Assembly (NCBI RefSeq): GCF_009834535.1
Contig: NC_045697.1
Location: 28,832,001 to 28,896,000 of the forward strand
DNA: 64,000 nt
DNA from: Camelus ferus
Lineage: Eukaryota
Direction of reading: 5' to 3'
Position numbers and translations under genes: made by a program. The notes under the pieces are model-generated. The model saw only the letters and a list, made by a program, of their open reading frames with translations. It was not told the origin of the DNA and did no database searches. Positions 34,846 through 48,399 of the stretch are shown here, piece by piece (within the stretch, counting starts at the first letter, position 1; each line of letters begins with the position of its first letter).

Positions 34846-36474
34846 ACCTAGAATGTAAGCTCCATAAAGACAGGGGTTTAAAAAACTTTTGATTTACTGT
34901 TGTATCTCCAGCCCCTAAAATAGCGAATGATTCATAGTAGGATCACAGGAAATATTGGGTGAAAAGATAATTATAATTGTGGAAATGAGAGCTGATTGAA
35001 TTGAGAATAGTCGAATAGTGTGGTTTCAAAACATTGGCTTTGGAGTCAAGAAAACTGGGTTGGATTTCCAGCTCTACCATTTAACCTCTCTGGGTCTCAA
35101 TTTTCTTATCTGTTAATAAGAAAAATAATATCATGTACCTCATAGGACTTTCTTGGTGAGGACTAAGGTTTTGTTTTTCTTGATAAAATCTTTAGTAAGT
35201 TATTAATGACTTGTAGTAAATTGGAAGTTACATTTGCAGACAGAGGGGAAACTATCAAACTTGACTGGATGAGTAAATTAGATATTGATGCTTAGTATTG
35301 CTACAGGAGATGATTAGTATAAGTTAAAATTATTCTAGATTTGGGAAGTTTTGGTAATGCGTGATAAACTTCCATTTTTTTTTTTACGTTGCATGGTATC
35401 TGATGTGAGCATATCTTATCTACCCTGTTGTCTACAATTTTATATGTGACTTCAACATTTATTTCCTAATTTTGATGTGTTTAAAATTTATTTGTTGTAC
35501 ATACAGTAACATAGCAGTGAGGAATTACAAGGAAAATATCCTAACAAAAAACATTTCTCTTTCCAGAATCTTCTCTACACATTGTTTATAAATACTGATA
35601 TTTTGAGTAGTTTGAATAATAACACTGATAAAATTGTCTGTTCTACTTTTTAAACTTAACCTGAACATTATTTTTCAGTGTTGCTGCAGTCTTTCTATTT
35701 AACAGCTTTCTAATATTCCACTGGGTAGTTGTGCTCTGTTTTAAAATTATAATGTCGTTTTACATGAAAAATTAATATTGCAAAGAACATCTTGGTTCAA
35801 ATAACCTTTTTTGTCTTTTGGCTTTTTTTCTTAGTCCCAAAGTTTTAATTTCTTGTATCACGAGATGAGAACAGTTTTCGGCTCTTGGAAGCATACTGCT
35901 CAATTGCCTACTAAAGAGGTGTGCCAGTTTGTAATAACAGCAGCACTGTATAAGTATAGTGGTTTCACCGCAGCCTTTTCAGCATTGAGTGCTATTATTT
36001 TAAGATTTTAGGAATAAAATTTTACCTTTTCTTTATGGTATTTTTTATTTTGTTTTGTTTTTAGATAAAGAAGAATGTTGAACATTTTTGTACACAATTG
36101 TTCATTAATTCTTGTATTCTTGTGTGAATTGTTCACTGATGTGTTTTTCATTGTTTTTATATACCATTTTAATTTTTTCAACACCGTGTAAGAACTTTTC
36201 TTTTGTGTGATGTATATGTCTTGATCTTATACCTATTTTTACTTAATACTGTTTTTCATTATATATACATTAATTTTTTGGTTGATCTTTTCTTTTGTGT
36301 TTTTTCTAGCATGTCGATTTTTTTCTTAGAAATACCTCTTCTGTTTGATTTTTTTTTTCTTTTGTCCATGTTTAGGGCTTCTATCCTTTGTAGTGTTGCT
36401 ATAATCTTCTAATTGGTCTCTCTGCCAGGCTTGCCCCCTCCAATCCCTCTCTGTTTTTCTTCTTAAGGGAACAT

Positions 36475-36700
36475 TAATTGGGTGCTTACTAGGTGCCAGT
36501 CCTTGTGCACGCCCTTTTTCATGGATTATCTCATTTAATCCTCACAACAAACCTATGAGGTAGGTACTTTTATTATCCCCATATTGCAAATGAGAAAATC
36601 AAGGCTTAGAAAAGTTAAGTAACTTGTTCAAAGTGTCATCGCCAGCAAGTAGGGATTTAAATGTCATTCTGACTCCTTATCAGAGAGCTGTTACCTACTG
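36475..36700. mobile_element. MIR SINE
   Basis: TCTCATTTAATCCTCACAACAAACCTATGAGGTAGGTACT..ATCCCCAT..CAAATGAGAAAA core. Confidence 0.8.
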
Positions 36701-37981
36701 TGCTGTGCTGTTTCCATTTTTATCTTCCTTAAAATAAAACAAGGTAAAACACAAAAATAATATTTAAAAAATCCTCAAGTTTCAGATGCTTAACAATTCT
36801 AATGTCTCTGTGTTTATGTTATAATGGAAAGAGCTCTGCATTGGAGTCAGATGTCCCAACCCTGGCTCTGTCCCTTATTATCTGTGTGACTTGGGCCAAG
36901 TTAATGTACATTCTGAACTTCATTCTTTTCATCTGTTTGCTAGGAATACTATCCCTCATAGGATAATTTGAAGATTCAGTGAGGTGATGTGTATGAAGCT
37001 TCTAGCCCAAATGCTATGACAGGTAGTTTCCCTTCAAGTTCCCTTAGAAAATTAAGTTGATATTTCCTACCATGACATACAGGACCCTTTCCAGTTTCAC
37101 TCGATCTCCCTTTCCAGTTTTATCTCCTTTTTTTATCTGCCATACTACCATGTACTCACATTCCAACCAACTATCTTAATACCTTAAACATATTTTGGTT
37201 TTCAAGACTGGCTTTACCTTTCCCTTCTGTGACTGACAAGTTTCTTTTTAATCTTCAACTCCCAGTTCACATACCGCCTTTTGTGAAATCTTTCCTTACT
37301 CTCCTATAAGGCTGCTAAGGCATTTGTATGTTATTAAAAGTATGCATTATTTCATCTTTATTATATTATAATGTAATTGTCTTCTAATGTAGTTAATTAT
37401 CTTTAATTGCTTCTGTTAGACTGCAAACATCCTTTGAGTATAGTAAAAAATTGTCTTATTCATTTTTATACAAAGTATGTCTGATACGTAGTACATGCTC
37501 ATACATATTTTTTGATTAAGTGAAATTCATAGCATGGACCATATAAACATTAGATTTACTAGGAGAGTACTTAAAATACTTCATACTTAAAAGGACATGC
37601 AGAGGGTAAGTATTCATTGAATAAATCAACTGGTTTTAGGATTTTATAAAATACCTAATACATACAATTACAGATATTTTATATTTATTTGGTAAATTAA
37701 TTAGAGAATATCTACGTGATGGCAGTTCACTAGCCTGGGTTATTATTGTTTGTCTGAAAGTAACACTGCATTTCTCCATCATTCAAACCTTTCCCTCATA
37801 CAGACAGGTATATTAATAAAATATTAATTCAAAAATGACTTGAATATTTATAAATTTTTCTATATTTCATTCAATGCAAAATCTAGTATAATTTTATGTG
37901 GGTTTTAATCAAATTATATTTTACTGTTTTCTATACATATAGATACATTTTGTTGTTGTTATTGTTGTTCTTGTTGTACAG

Positions 37982-39122
37982 TTGAAAATGCCATGGATTG
38001 TCTGTTAGAATTATCTACCACTGATGCTAAGATAGAAGACTCTTCTTCAAAAAGCTTAATTTCTTCTGAGAACCAAGTCAGCGCAGCTGGTTGTGCAATA
38101 ATGGAAAAGTGTCCTCCTGAAGAAGAGAGTGAAGATTCAAAAATGGATTCATTTTTGGACATGCGGCTAACTGAAGACTTGGATTCCTTAATACAGAATG
38201 CTTTTGAGAAATTGAACTCTTCTCCTGATGACCAAGTCTACTCATTTTTGCCTTTGCAAGATGTTAATAGTTTTAGTGACCCGAGTGCATTTATAAATTC
38301 AGATTCAAATAATACGACTCCTATTCTTTCTACCCAAAATATGGATTTGAACAATGAAAATTTAGAGAATCCTGCCTCTGCATTATGTTCAAATTCCTTA
38401 ACTTCACGTTCAGTTTCAGATGAGTCCAAAAGTTTTACAAAGGATAATACTTTGGCATTGGAAGATTCTCTTCTTACCAGTTCTTTAAATGTAGCAAATG
38501 ATGCTATGGCAAGTTGTAGCAGTCAAATTCAGAAAGAGATTTTAGAATCTGAGTGTGCTGAGACTCAGTTCTCTCAAGCCCCTGTGGATGTGGATGCCGG
38601 CGAACCTCAGGCTCCTTTAAACCTTACTGTGCAAAATCCGGGGCTTGGTTTACTAAGTACAGGTGGAGATCAGAAATCTATTTCTGTCCCTGATGTGTTT
38701 GTACCTTCTGAAGAATTCAGTTTCCAGCCACACAAACATACTGAGCTGCCACCGAAGGGGAAGGATGTGAATTTCTGCCCAGTGCTTACCCCTCTCCCTC
38801 TACTGCTGCCGCCGCCACCTCCTCCACCGATGTGGAATCCGATGATTCCTGCTTTTGACCTCTTTCAAGGAAACCATGGCTTTGTAGCTCCCGTTGTAAC
38901 CACAGCTGCACACTGGAGGCCTGTCAACTATACATTTCCATCCCCGGTTATTTCTCACACTTCCCCAACAAAAGTATGGAGAAATAAAGAGGGAACAAGT
39001 GCTTATCAAGTACAAGAAACTCCAGTTTCTCAGGTTGTAAGAAAGAAGACATCATCTTATATTGGACTAGTTCTTGTTCTTCTCAGAGGGCTTCCGGGAT
39101 CAGGAAAATCTTTTTTGGCAAG
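37982..39122 (+). CDS. N4BP2: N4BP2 coding exon 2 (end of CUE, Pro-rich tract, P-loop GLPGSGKS)
   Basis: CAG acceptor; VENAMDCLLEL...LVLLRGLPGSGKSFLAR; AG|GTATGA donor; phases 1/2. Confidence 0.95.
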
Positions 39123-41606
39123 GTATGAGGTTTAATTGAGTTTAAAAAAAAAAAACAGTATAATGCATGAACTTGAACATTTATAACAGCATGAATATGT
39201 GAAATGTTTTTGCTTAATAGAGATGGTTACTAATTTTTTCTAACTTTGTAGCTAATAGTACTGTTTCTCCACAAGTTTTTCACTGAATTCTTTCATCTCA
39301 GAATATTATTTTGAGAAGCAGAATAGAAGAAAAAATTAAAGATGATTCTAAGATTATGAGCTTGTGAAATGAACAGAAATAAGTTCATGTGGAAGAGAAC
39401 TAATTTGAGTGGGAGAAAGATGAAATCAACTTTGATTACAGAGATAAAGGTCCATAATTGATTTTGAATTCAAGGAAGTCTTACATAGAAGGATTCTACT
39501 GGTAATTGGAAATTTGGGATTGTAGCATGTTAAATAAAATTTTAGAAATGTGTGATTTGAAGGAAGAGAACACAGCATGAATCACTGGTAGTCAGAGAAC
39601 TTCAAATTTTCAATTTTATTTGTTGCAAAATATGGTACTCTCAATTATTTTGTTTTATATATCTGTATGTATCCCTTTTGTAGTTAAGTTCCATTGTGGA
39701 TTCCTTGGTCTGAGAGACTAGAGTCAGAGTTAGAAGCAGCTTTGTTGTGTTTTCACTTGTTAAAAAGTACTGTTTTCAGAATCTCCGCATCCCCTTTATT
39801 TTTTAAATTCTGGAATATTTACATCTAATATGCTTTATTTGCCAGTGTTTTTCCTCTTCCTTCCAAATTTTAACTCTTTGTTCTCTTCTGTTCTTAGCTA
39901 GGTCTCTTCTATTTGATCCTAGGTGTACCTAGTCTTTGTGAATTTATATGTGCCTTGGAATGTCCTTGATGAGCTCATTTTCAGTTGTTCTTTAAAGTGC
40001 TTTCTTAGTCTAGATATATCTTTCAATAGATTTCCATATAGTCTATTTATACACTTTTAAGTATATTCTGTAGACATAGGCTTTCTCATTGATTTAATGA
40101 CTACAACAATAAAAACCATTTTAATTTAGTGTTACAGATATTACGGTCAGTTATGATACTGCATTTTGTGAAAGAGTGGAACAAAAGGTGGTACCTTAAA
40201 AGGTAGTAGAGCTGAGACACAGGTTTGAAGAACTAGGTTTCAGAGGCCTTTGAGCGAGAGGCAGCTATAGTTAGAGATTGGAAGAGAAAGAAGTGCTTGT
40301 CACAAAGTTTGAACTTACTTGTACTTTTGAATGAATAGAGAAATAATTGGGAAGTACAGAGGCATAGAAACTGAGTTTTCTCAGACAGAATGGTTCATAG
40401 TATTAAACTAGTGTGCAAGCCCACAGAAAATGAAAGGCGAAGAAAGGCTTTTGGGTTTATTGGAAAGAAGGTCATTTTAAGGTCATATCTTAAAAACAAT
40501 TGTGTTGTGCTGGGAAGGTAGAATACCTTAAGACCTCAAAAAAGCATTTATACTGAAGTAGTTGAAGGAGAGAAGTTGAGTAATAGGTGAAAAGGGGGCC
40601 TTAAAGTCTGGTTAAAAATTTAAAAGATAGCTGAGATGTATATATGTTTAAAGGGAAGAAGGGATGAGAAGTGTCAGAGAGGGGAAAACTTAGAGATAAA
40701 AGAAAAGAGGATAAATGTAGGAGTCATAGAAAATGGGGTGAAGTGAGGATTCACTAAAATGTAAGCTCCGTGAGTATGAGAATGTCTGTCGTTCACTGAT
40801 ATATGCTCAGTGATTAACATAGTGCCTGGCACTTAGTAGATGCTAATAAAAATTAAATTCAAAAGATGTATTTTAGCTTTAGAAATATTTATGCATATTT
40901 TAGGAGAGGATAAATGTTGATATTTTACAAATGGTTAAGAATAGTAGCATTGTTATGTCTCTGGGTTCTGTTTGCTTAGTTTTTTGCATGTATTTCAATT
41001 ATATAGAAGATAAATTTCAGAGTCAGGAAAGAGATGTCTTAACTTTGTGTAATTTAGCAGATTAAATTAATAGTCTATTAATATTATATTTTTGGATGTT
41101 TTTGGCATATTCAGTAAATTTATAGCAATATACAAAGCTTCATCTACTTTTGAAGATCTGTTGAACATCAAGGTGCTTGCCGACCTTGAAGTGCCCTTCG
41201 CCTTAGAGTAGGTAATGTAGATCAGGATGTATTCAAGTAACCAGATGAGGGAGATGCCTGTACTGATAAAGAGTTCTGAAGCATTTTCAATTACCAGGTT
41301 TCCTTGATAATTAAAAATGTGTTAATTTTCAAACCTTTATAGTAAGGATAAAGAACTTTACAATATTTTAAAAAAGTTTCTGAAATAGTAATTTACATAA
41401 AGTAAAGCAGACTTGCCTTAGGTCAGTTTTCTTGGGAGTCAAACTTCTGCTTAGAGGATTTCTGATACTATTTCTTTTAATATTATAATAGTCTCATTCT
41501 TTTAAATAATAATGCTTGAATTTTTAATTAAGATTATGACCTTGCAAAAATTAGTAGAGAATTTAGAAGAAAAATTAATGAAAATAATTCCATTTATCAT
41601 TCACAG

Positions 41607-41731
41607 AACTTTGCAAGAGGATAATCCGAGTGGAGTCATTCTTAGTACTGATGATTATTTTTACATAAATGGACAGTACCAGTTTGATGTAAAGTACTTA
41701 GGAGAAGCTCATGAGTGGAACCAGAATCGTG
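41607..41731 (+). CDS. N4BP2: N4BP2 coding exon 3 (polynucleotide kinase-like domain)
   Basis: TLQEDNPSGVILSTDDYF...LGEAHEWNQNR; CAG / GTAAGA; 125 nt, in phase. Confidence 0.95.
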
Positions 41732-42744
41732 GTAAGAATAGACACCAGATGCTGGGTAGTATTAAGAGCAATATAAAGAAAAAAATCCACTTAGTATTTG
41801 TGACATAACTTTTAAAGAGTTACAATTAACTTTAGTTTATTATTGTACTATATATAATATAAATAAAGTTACAACAATTTTATGTTACATAGTAAGAGGT
41901 AAAAAAGGTGGTCTTAAAGAGTCGTTACGAGGATTAAATAAGTTAATTTTTGTAAAATGTTTAAAATGTTGCATGACATGTTTAAGTTTTATACAGTCAA
42001 TGGGGATCTTGTTAGAAATAAATCATATTTTCTACATTGGTCTCAGAATAGCTCAAGATGCTTACAGTTGTCTAGTATGCTCTCTGGTTCCTGTTTCCTA
42101 AAATGGAATCTGCATTGTTAACCACTGGTCTTCCCTAGATTGGCTTAATTTTTATGGAAGATAGTGTGAGGGTAAAAATGACTCTCTTCAAACTGAATCT
42201 GCAGGGATCATAGATAAAACTTTAATTTCTTTATTAGTGCAACTGTCTACTCACTGAAGATGTTTTTTATCATGAAATGTTTAGTTATGAATAGTTTGAA
42301 TTTTATATGGTAAGTTCTTACTAAGAGATATAGATAATATTTTATTTACTTAGCCTTTCTTTTGTGGTAAATTCACTGTGAAGGCTATTCTTGAATTTAT
42401 CATCTTTTGACATTATTAAAATTTTCTATATTCCTTCTTGAATTAAGTATTAAAGTAAGAATTTGGGAATATGAAAATACCAAGACAATTGAAAATAAAG
42501 GAAACAGTATGATGGGATGAAGAGCAATCTTGGATTGCCAGTTACTAGCTAAGTGATCTTGTGCAAGTTATTTATACTCTCCAGGGCCCAGTGTCTTCAT
42601 CTGTAAAAGGACTTAATAATACTAAACCTTCAGGATTCTTGTATAGTTAAATGAGAATGAAAAGTGCTTAGCAATAGTTTAACATGCCCTTACTACAGCA
42701 GCAACCACAGCAATAATAATATGAAATTAATTGGCAGAATTCTT

Positions 42745-43470
42745 TTTTAAAAAAGTTTTTTTGAGATACGAATCACATAGTTTTTAGCATATCCAGAGTT
42801 GTACAACCATCACCACAATCAATTTTAGAAGATTTTTATCACCCCTAAAAAGACTCCGTACCCGTTAGTAACTCCTCATTTCTTCTCAACCCTCTCCCAG
42901 CCCCAGGCAACCACTACTTTACTTTATATCTCTGTAGGTTTGCCTTTTCTGGACATTGCATATAAGTGGAATCATATAACATGTGGTCTTCTGTGAATGG
43001 CTTTCGTTTACTTAACATAATGTTCTCAAAGTTCATCCATGTTGTAGAAAGTATCAGTCCTTTATTCCTTTTTAATGGCTGAATAATATTCCATTGTATG
43101 GATATGCCACACTTTATTTATCCATTCATTAGTTGATGAACATTTGGGTTGTTTCTACTCTTTGGCTATTATGAATAATGTTGCTATGAATATACCTGTC
43201 GATGTCTAACCTTTTTAGGAACTGCCAAGCTATTTTCCAAAGCACTGGCACTATTTTACATTCCTACTACCAGTTTATGAGAGTTCCAACTTTTCTACGT
43301 TGTCACCAATGCTTGTTCTTATCTGTCTTTTTGATTATAGCTATCCTGGTGGGTGTGAAGTGATATCTTATTGTGGTTTTTATTTGCATTTCTCTAATGG
43401 CTAGTGATGTTGAGTATTTTTACATGCTTGTTGGCCACTTGATTATATTCTTTGGAGAGCTGTCTGAATT
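42745..43470 (-). mobile_element. L1 (L1MB-like) 3' fragment
   Basis: GTTGTACAACCATCACCACAATCAATTTTAGAA...CCCAGCCCCAGGCAACCACT. Confidence 0.75.
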
Positions 43471-44288
43471 GTTTGCCTTTTGGATTATTTCTTTTATTAC
43501 TTCTATTTATTATTATAAGGGAGTATACAGAACTTTAAAAACTTCCAGACATTTACTTGTAAGGCTTATTTATTGTGGTTCATCATTCATTTTCTGAATG
43601 GCCTAATTCCTTGGGGAAAAAGGCAGTTTTATAAGAAAATCTCTTGTGCAATGGTGTATAATAATTTTTTCTTTATTTCAAATCATTACATTTTGTTTTT
43701 CTGTGTGTGTGTTTGTGTTTTTTGTTTGTTTTTAAACTTTATTTTGGATTAATTTTAGATTTATGGAAAGGCTGCAAAAGCAGTATAGAGTTTCTCTATA
43801 ACCCTCACCCATTTTGCCCTAATGTTAACATCTTGTATAACTATGGTACATTTGTCAAGACTAAGAAATTAACATTGGTACATTATTATTAACTGAACTC
43901 CAGACTTTTTTTAAATTTAAATTTTTCTAGTAAAGTCCTTTTCTGTTCCAGAATCTTACCCAGGATACCATGTTGCTTTTAGCATGATACTGTTTATTTC
44001 CTCTGATTATAATTTTAGTATTTATTTAGTATTTATTATTCAACATTTACCTATACTTGAATACTTAAAAGTGGTATTTAGAAGTAGAGTTGTTATTCCT
44101 GAAACTAACATTGCAAATCAACTACGCTTCAATAAAAACAAAATTTAAAAAAAAAGTAGAATTGTGAGTAAAATTAGCACGTATCTGTGATTTTCAAATT
44201 ATGAAAATAAGATCACATTTTTAAAATATCAAGGTAATCCTTAATGTTGTTATTAAAAGTGATTTGTCATTTTCTGTTTGTTTTTTAG

Positions 44289-44377
44289 CAAAAGAAGCAT
44301 TTGAGAAGAAGATATCTCCTGTAATAATAGATAATACAAACCTACAGGCATGGGAAATGAAGCCATATGTTGCTTTG
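44289..44377 (+). CDS. N4BP2: N4BP2 coding exon 4
   Basis: AKEAFEKKISPVIIDNTNLQAWEMKPYVAL; TAG / GTTTGT; 89 nt. Confidence 0.93.
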
Positions 44378-44977
44378 GTTTGTACCATGAATTGTCATAA
44401 GTCTAACAGTGGATTTGAAATTATTGGGGGGATGTTAATTACACAACTGAATTTCAAGCAAACAGTCCTTGGACTGTATATAACTGAGCTTTCTCTGGTC
44501 TCTAGCAAAATGAGAAAAATAGGAAGTTTTTCCATAAAACTAAATTTATTTAGTTTTCAAATTTTGAGATTCAGTTTTTAAATTCTGAAATTTTTTTTTC
44601 TTTTGATATCTCTTATGAAAAGATACTGGTTTTAAATTACAATTTTATGTTTGTGTTTTTGTATGTATGTATGTGTGTATACACGGTTTGTTTTCTTACT
44701 GCTTTTAGTTGACAGAATCAAAATCTGGTGGTCCTTTGTTAGTCCCTAAATTTCTTTTGAAATTTTGCTGTTCTGAGGAATTCAGAATTCTGTAAACTCA
44801 GTATTTTCAGTTCTCCATATTTCTTAGATTCCTTTTTTGCCCAGCTTTGATGTCACCTTTTCCAGGAAGTTAGCATTCACTCACTTATTAAAAAGCTACA
44901 TTGGGCACTCTTTCTACTTTCATGGCATTCTAGCGTACTTTTGTCATAATGTTATGCACACCTTCTATCAGTAGGCC

Positions 44978-45160
44978 GTGGGTTGGTGAACTTTTTTCTA
45001 TAAGGAACCAGATAATAAATATTTTAGGTTTTGCAGGCCACAGTCTCTGTTGCATATACTTTTTAAACAACCCTTTAAAGATAAAAAAACTATCCTTAGC
45101 TCCTGGGCTGTACAAATGCTGGCTGATGGGTTGAATTTGGCTGTAGAGCATTTGTTTTCT
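44978..45160. mobile_element. MER58-like hAT MITE
   Basis: CCAGATAATAAATATTTTAGGTTTTGCAGGCCACAGTCTCTGTTGCA. Confidence 0.7.
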
Positions 45161-45656
45161 TGAGGGTAGGACTATTTTTTTATTCATCATCGACTCTCCA
45201 GAGTATAGCACTATGCTTGGCATATAGTAAGTATATATTCTGTTGAGTAAATTGATGAGTGAAGCTTTTGTGAGTATGGGTATTGTTTGTTTTATTCCCC
45301 CAAGATTAGCACATGTCTGACACATTGAAGCTTAATTTGTTTTTTTGGTTAATGAATGTTATACTTGCCATTACTATGTTTTATGTCCTTAGCACGTCCA
45401 GCCTATACTCCCTTTGCTCGTTGCAGGGTGTTATGTCATTTCCCATCTTGGTGTCTGGGTTGACTTTCGGACTTTTCTGTCAGAACGACAGAAGATGATA
45501 GTGACCCCTATTGGCATCTTGTCATCAAGCTGAGGGGATCAGTAGTGGAAGGGGAGGTCAGAGATGTAATGGTAGTTGGGAAGATGGTGTGGCAGTTTAT
45601 ATAAGGGTTCACAGACCACTGTAAGGACTTTGGATTTTAAGTGACATGGAAAATAA

Positions 45657-46009
45657 ATTAGTCTATTTAGGCTGCCACAGAAAAATACCATAGACTAAAC
45701 AACAGGAAATTAATTTTCTAAGAGTTCTAGAGGCTAGAATTCCCAGAACAAGGTCCAGCAGTGTCAGTTTCTGTGAGAGTTCTCTTTCTGCCTTGCAGAT
45801 AGCCATCTTGCTGTGTTCTGCATGGTGGAGAGAGCAAGTTCTCTGGTGTCTCTTCTTATAAGGACACTAATCTTCTCTGATGAGGGCTCTAACCTTTTAA
45901 CCTCATTTAACCCTAATTCCATAAATGTCCTATCTCTAAGCACAGTCACATGGTGGGGTGGGGGTTTCTACAATGGGATTTAAGGGGACACAACATTCAG
46001 TTCATAACA
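45657..46009. mobile_element. MaLR solo LTR (MLT1A/B-like)
   Basis: TTAGTC...GCTGCC..AAATACCATAGACT...TCTGGTGTCTCTTCTTATAAGGACACTAATC...ATTCAGTTCATAACA. Confidence 0.8.
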
Positions 46010-47705
46010 GTTTTCAGCAGTGTAGTGACATGGTCTTAGTATTAGAAGGATCACTGTAGTGCAGTGTTGAGAATAGACTTGTGAGCTGGGGAGAATGGAA
46101 GCAGGGAAACTAGTTATCATTAGAAGGCTGTAGTGGTAATTAGAGACCATGTGGTTCAGACTGACGTGGTAACAGTGAAGGTAATGGCGAATAGAGATTA
46201 GATTCTGGATATATTTTTAAAGTAGAGCCAACTGAATTTCTTTTTGGATTGATATGGATGTGAAAGAAAGAGAGGCATTAAGTATTACATCAGGTTTAGT
46301 TTTTGGCCTGTGTAAATAGAAGTTGTCATCATTTGAGATGGGGAGGGTTGAGATAGAATAGTTTTGTGGTAGGTGTAGAATAATGGATTTCAGAAGTTTT
46401 AAGTTTGAATATGTTAAGTTTGTTGAATAAGTAGTTGGGTCCATGAGTTTGGAGTTCAGGAGTGAATCCTGGGCTAACTATATATTTGAGAGTCATTACC
46501 AAGGAGTGGAAAAATATTGCTGATGTAGATCAAGGGTAGAAGACCAAGGAGTAAGTCTGGGCCATTCCATTGTGAGAAGAGGTCTGGGTGAAAAGGAAGG
46601 GCTAGCAAAAAAGACTGACAACGCTCACCCAGTGGGATAGGAGGAAAAGAAGTAGTGTGTGATGAAGAAAGTTTAGGGAGAAGAGAGCAATGAACTGTGA
46701 CAAATGCTGCTGAGAGTCAAGAGAGTGAGAACCGTAGTATTTTTCAGTGTGGAAATAATTCATTCTCTCCACACCCAGTATCAGTGGAATAGCCAATTGG
46801 AATGGGTTTGAGAGCTTGGAAGGAGAGGAATTGGAGATAGAGGATATACTTATTGCTTGAGACATTGTCCTGCAAAGGGAGTAGGAAAATGAAGAGATAG
46901 CTGGCAGGGGAAAGGGGTTAAAGCAGAATGGGAGAAATAACTGAATGTGATGGGATTGATCCAACAGAGAGGGAAAAATTAATGATGCCTTAGAGAGAGG
47001 GAAAGTTGCTGAACTCAATTATCCTTGAGATAGAGAAGATGGATGTAGTGCACAGGTGTAGGGCTTGGCTTTTAGATTATAGCCTTGCTAGAGTTTTGAA
47101 GAATAGAATGAACTGTCATTTAAAATAGTTTCAAAATTATGGAAGTCATGCCTATATATAATACATATTCAAACCATAAAAAATACTGAAGTTCTATTCC
47201 CTTGAGGTAGATGCTTTTCATAGTATTTCTGAGATCTTTCCAGAAGTTTTCTATACATGCACAAATATGTGAATAATCCTTTTTTGTCCAAGTGAAATTT
47301 CTGTACCTTACTTTCTTAACAATTTATGTTAAGAACATTTTCTCATTAACACCTAATTTTAAAAACCATTGTATGCTTTCATTGTATGATTATACCTTCA
47401 TTTATTTAGCCAGTTCCATATTAATAAACACTGAATTGTTTATATTCTTTTGCTATTACAAATGATGGTGAATTGGATATCCTGATGTATTTGTATTTTT
47501 GCACTCTTACATAAATATCAGCATAAATTTCTGAAAGTTATTTGCTGCATCAAAGAGATTGTGCATTTTACCAGTTTAACACACTCATCAAGATTAGATA
47601 ATCTTTTAGGTTCTTCCAGTTTTAGCATGCTGTGAATTTGGAAACAATGACTTTAATTTCGTAGAAGTAATTATTTTTAAATGTGTTTGTCTTTTTTGTA
47701 TGTAG

Positions 47706-47782
47706 TCTCAAAAACATAAATATAAAGTTCTTTTTCGGGAACCGGACACATGGTGGAAATTCAAACCAAAGGAACTTGCAAG
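47706..47782 (+). CDS. N4BP2: N4BP2 coding exon 5
   Basis: SQKHKYKVLFREPDTWWKFKPKELAR; TAG / GTAAAA; 77 nt. Confidence 0.93.
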
Positions 47783-48399
47783 GTAAAACTTGGAACTTAA
47801 CCTAACGCGTTTTTAGTTTCATGAACGTGTTAGAGTCCATCTAGAATTTTTTTCCCCTTATAAGTAATGAATGAAACAAAAGGGATTAGATTGCAGCTTT
47901 GCCTCTTAAATTGATAACAAATTTTGTGTTGCCTATAGGCTTGCTTTTTCAGTTTATGAAGAATTTGTATCTTTTTGTTCCTAAAATTGTTATCTAACAG
48001 AAAAATTCTAATTGTCTTATGTAGTCAGGGTTTTATTACTTACTAGTGATATGATGTCAATATCTGAAATTAGTAGGGACTCTAGGGTTCAGCATGCCTG
48101 AACCTTGTGCTACTGGGAGGAAAATTATTGTGACTGCCTAGTGAATTAAAATGCTGGAAGGAAGTGAGGAAGTATAGATGGGAAAGGTAGCAAATGTCCA
48201 GCTGTCCAGGTATTTCACTACCTGCTGTCCCCTTCCCCTAAGAAGGTTGTATTTTTTTCTTTATTTGACTTGAATAAAAATGTTACTTAGGACATGGACA
48301 TACAGTGTGTTTTGTTTTGTGCTCTGGATTCCCTTAGAGATAACTCTAAATTAATTTTGGTCAGGGTACTTTCTTCTTGGTAATTTAAACTAATTTCAG

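Noticed and set aside
37993..39135. 380-aa ORF, and the 791-aa ORF at 52972-55347, as stand-alone genes
   Set aside because: Both are internal N4BP2 exons with phase-compatible splice sites.
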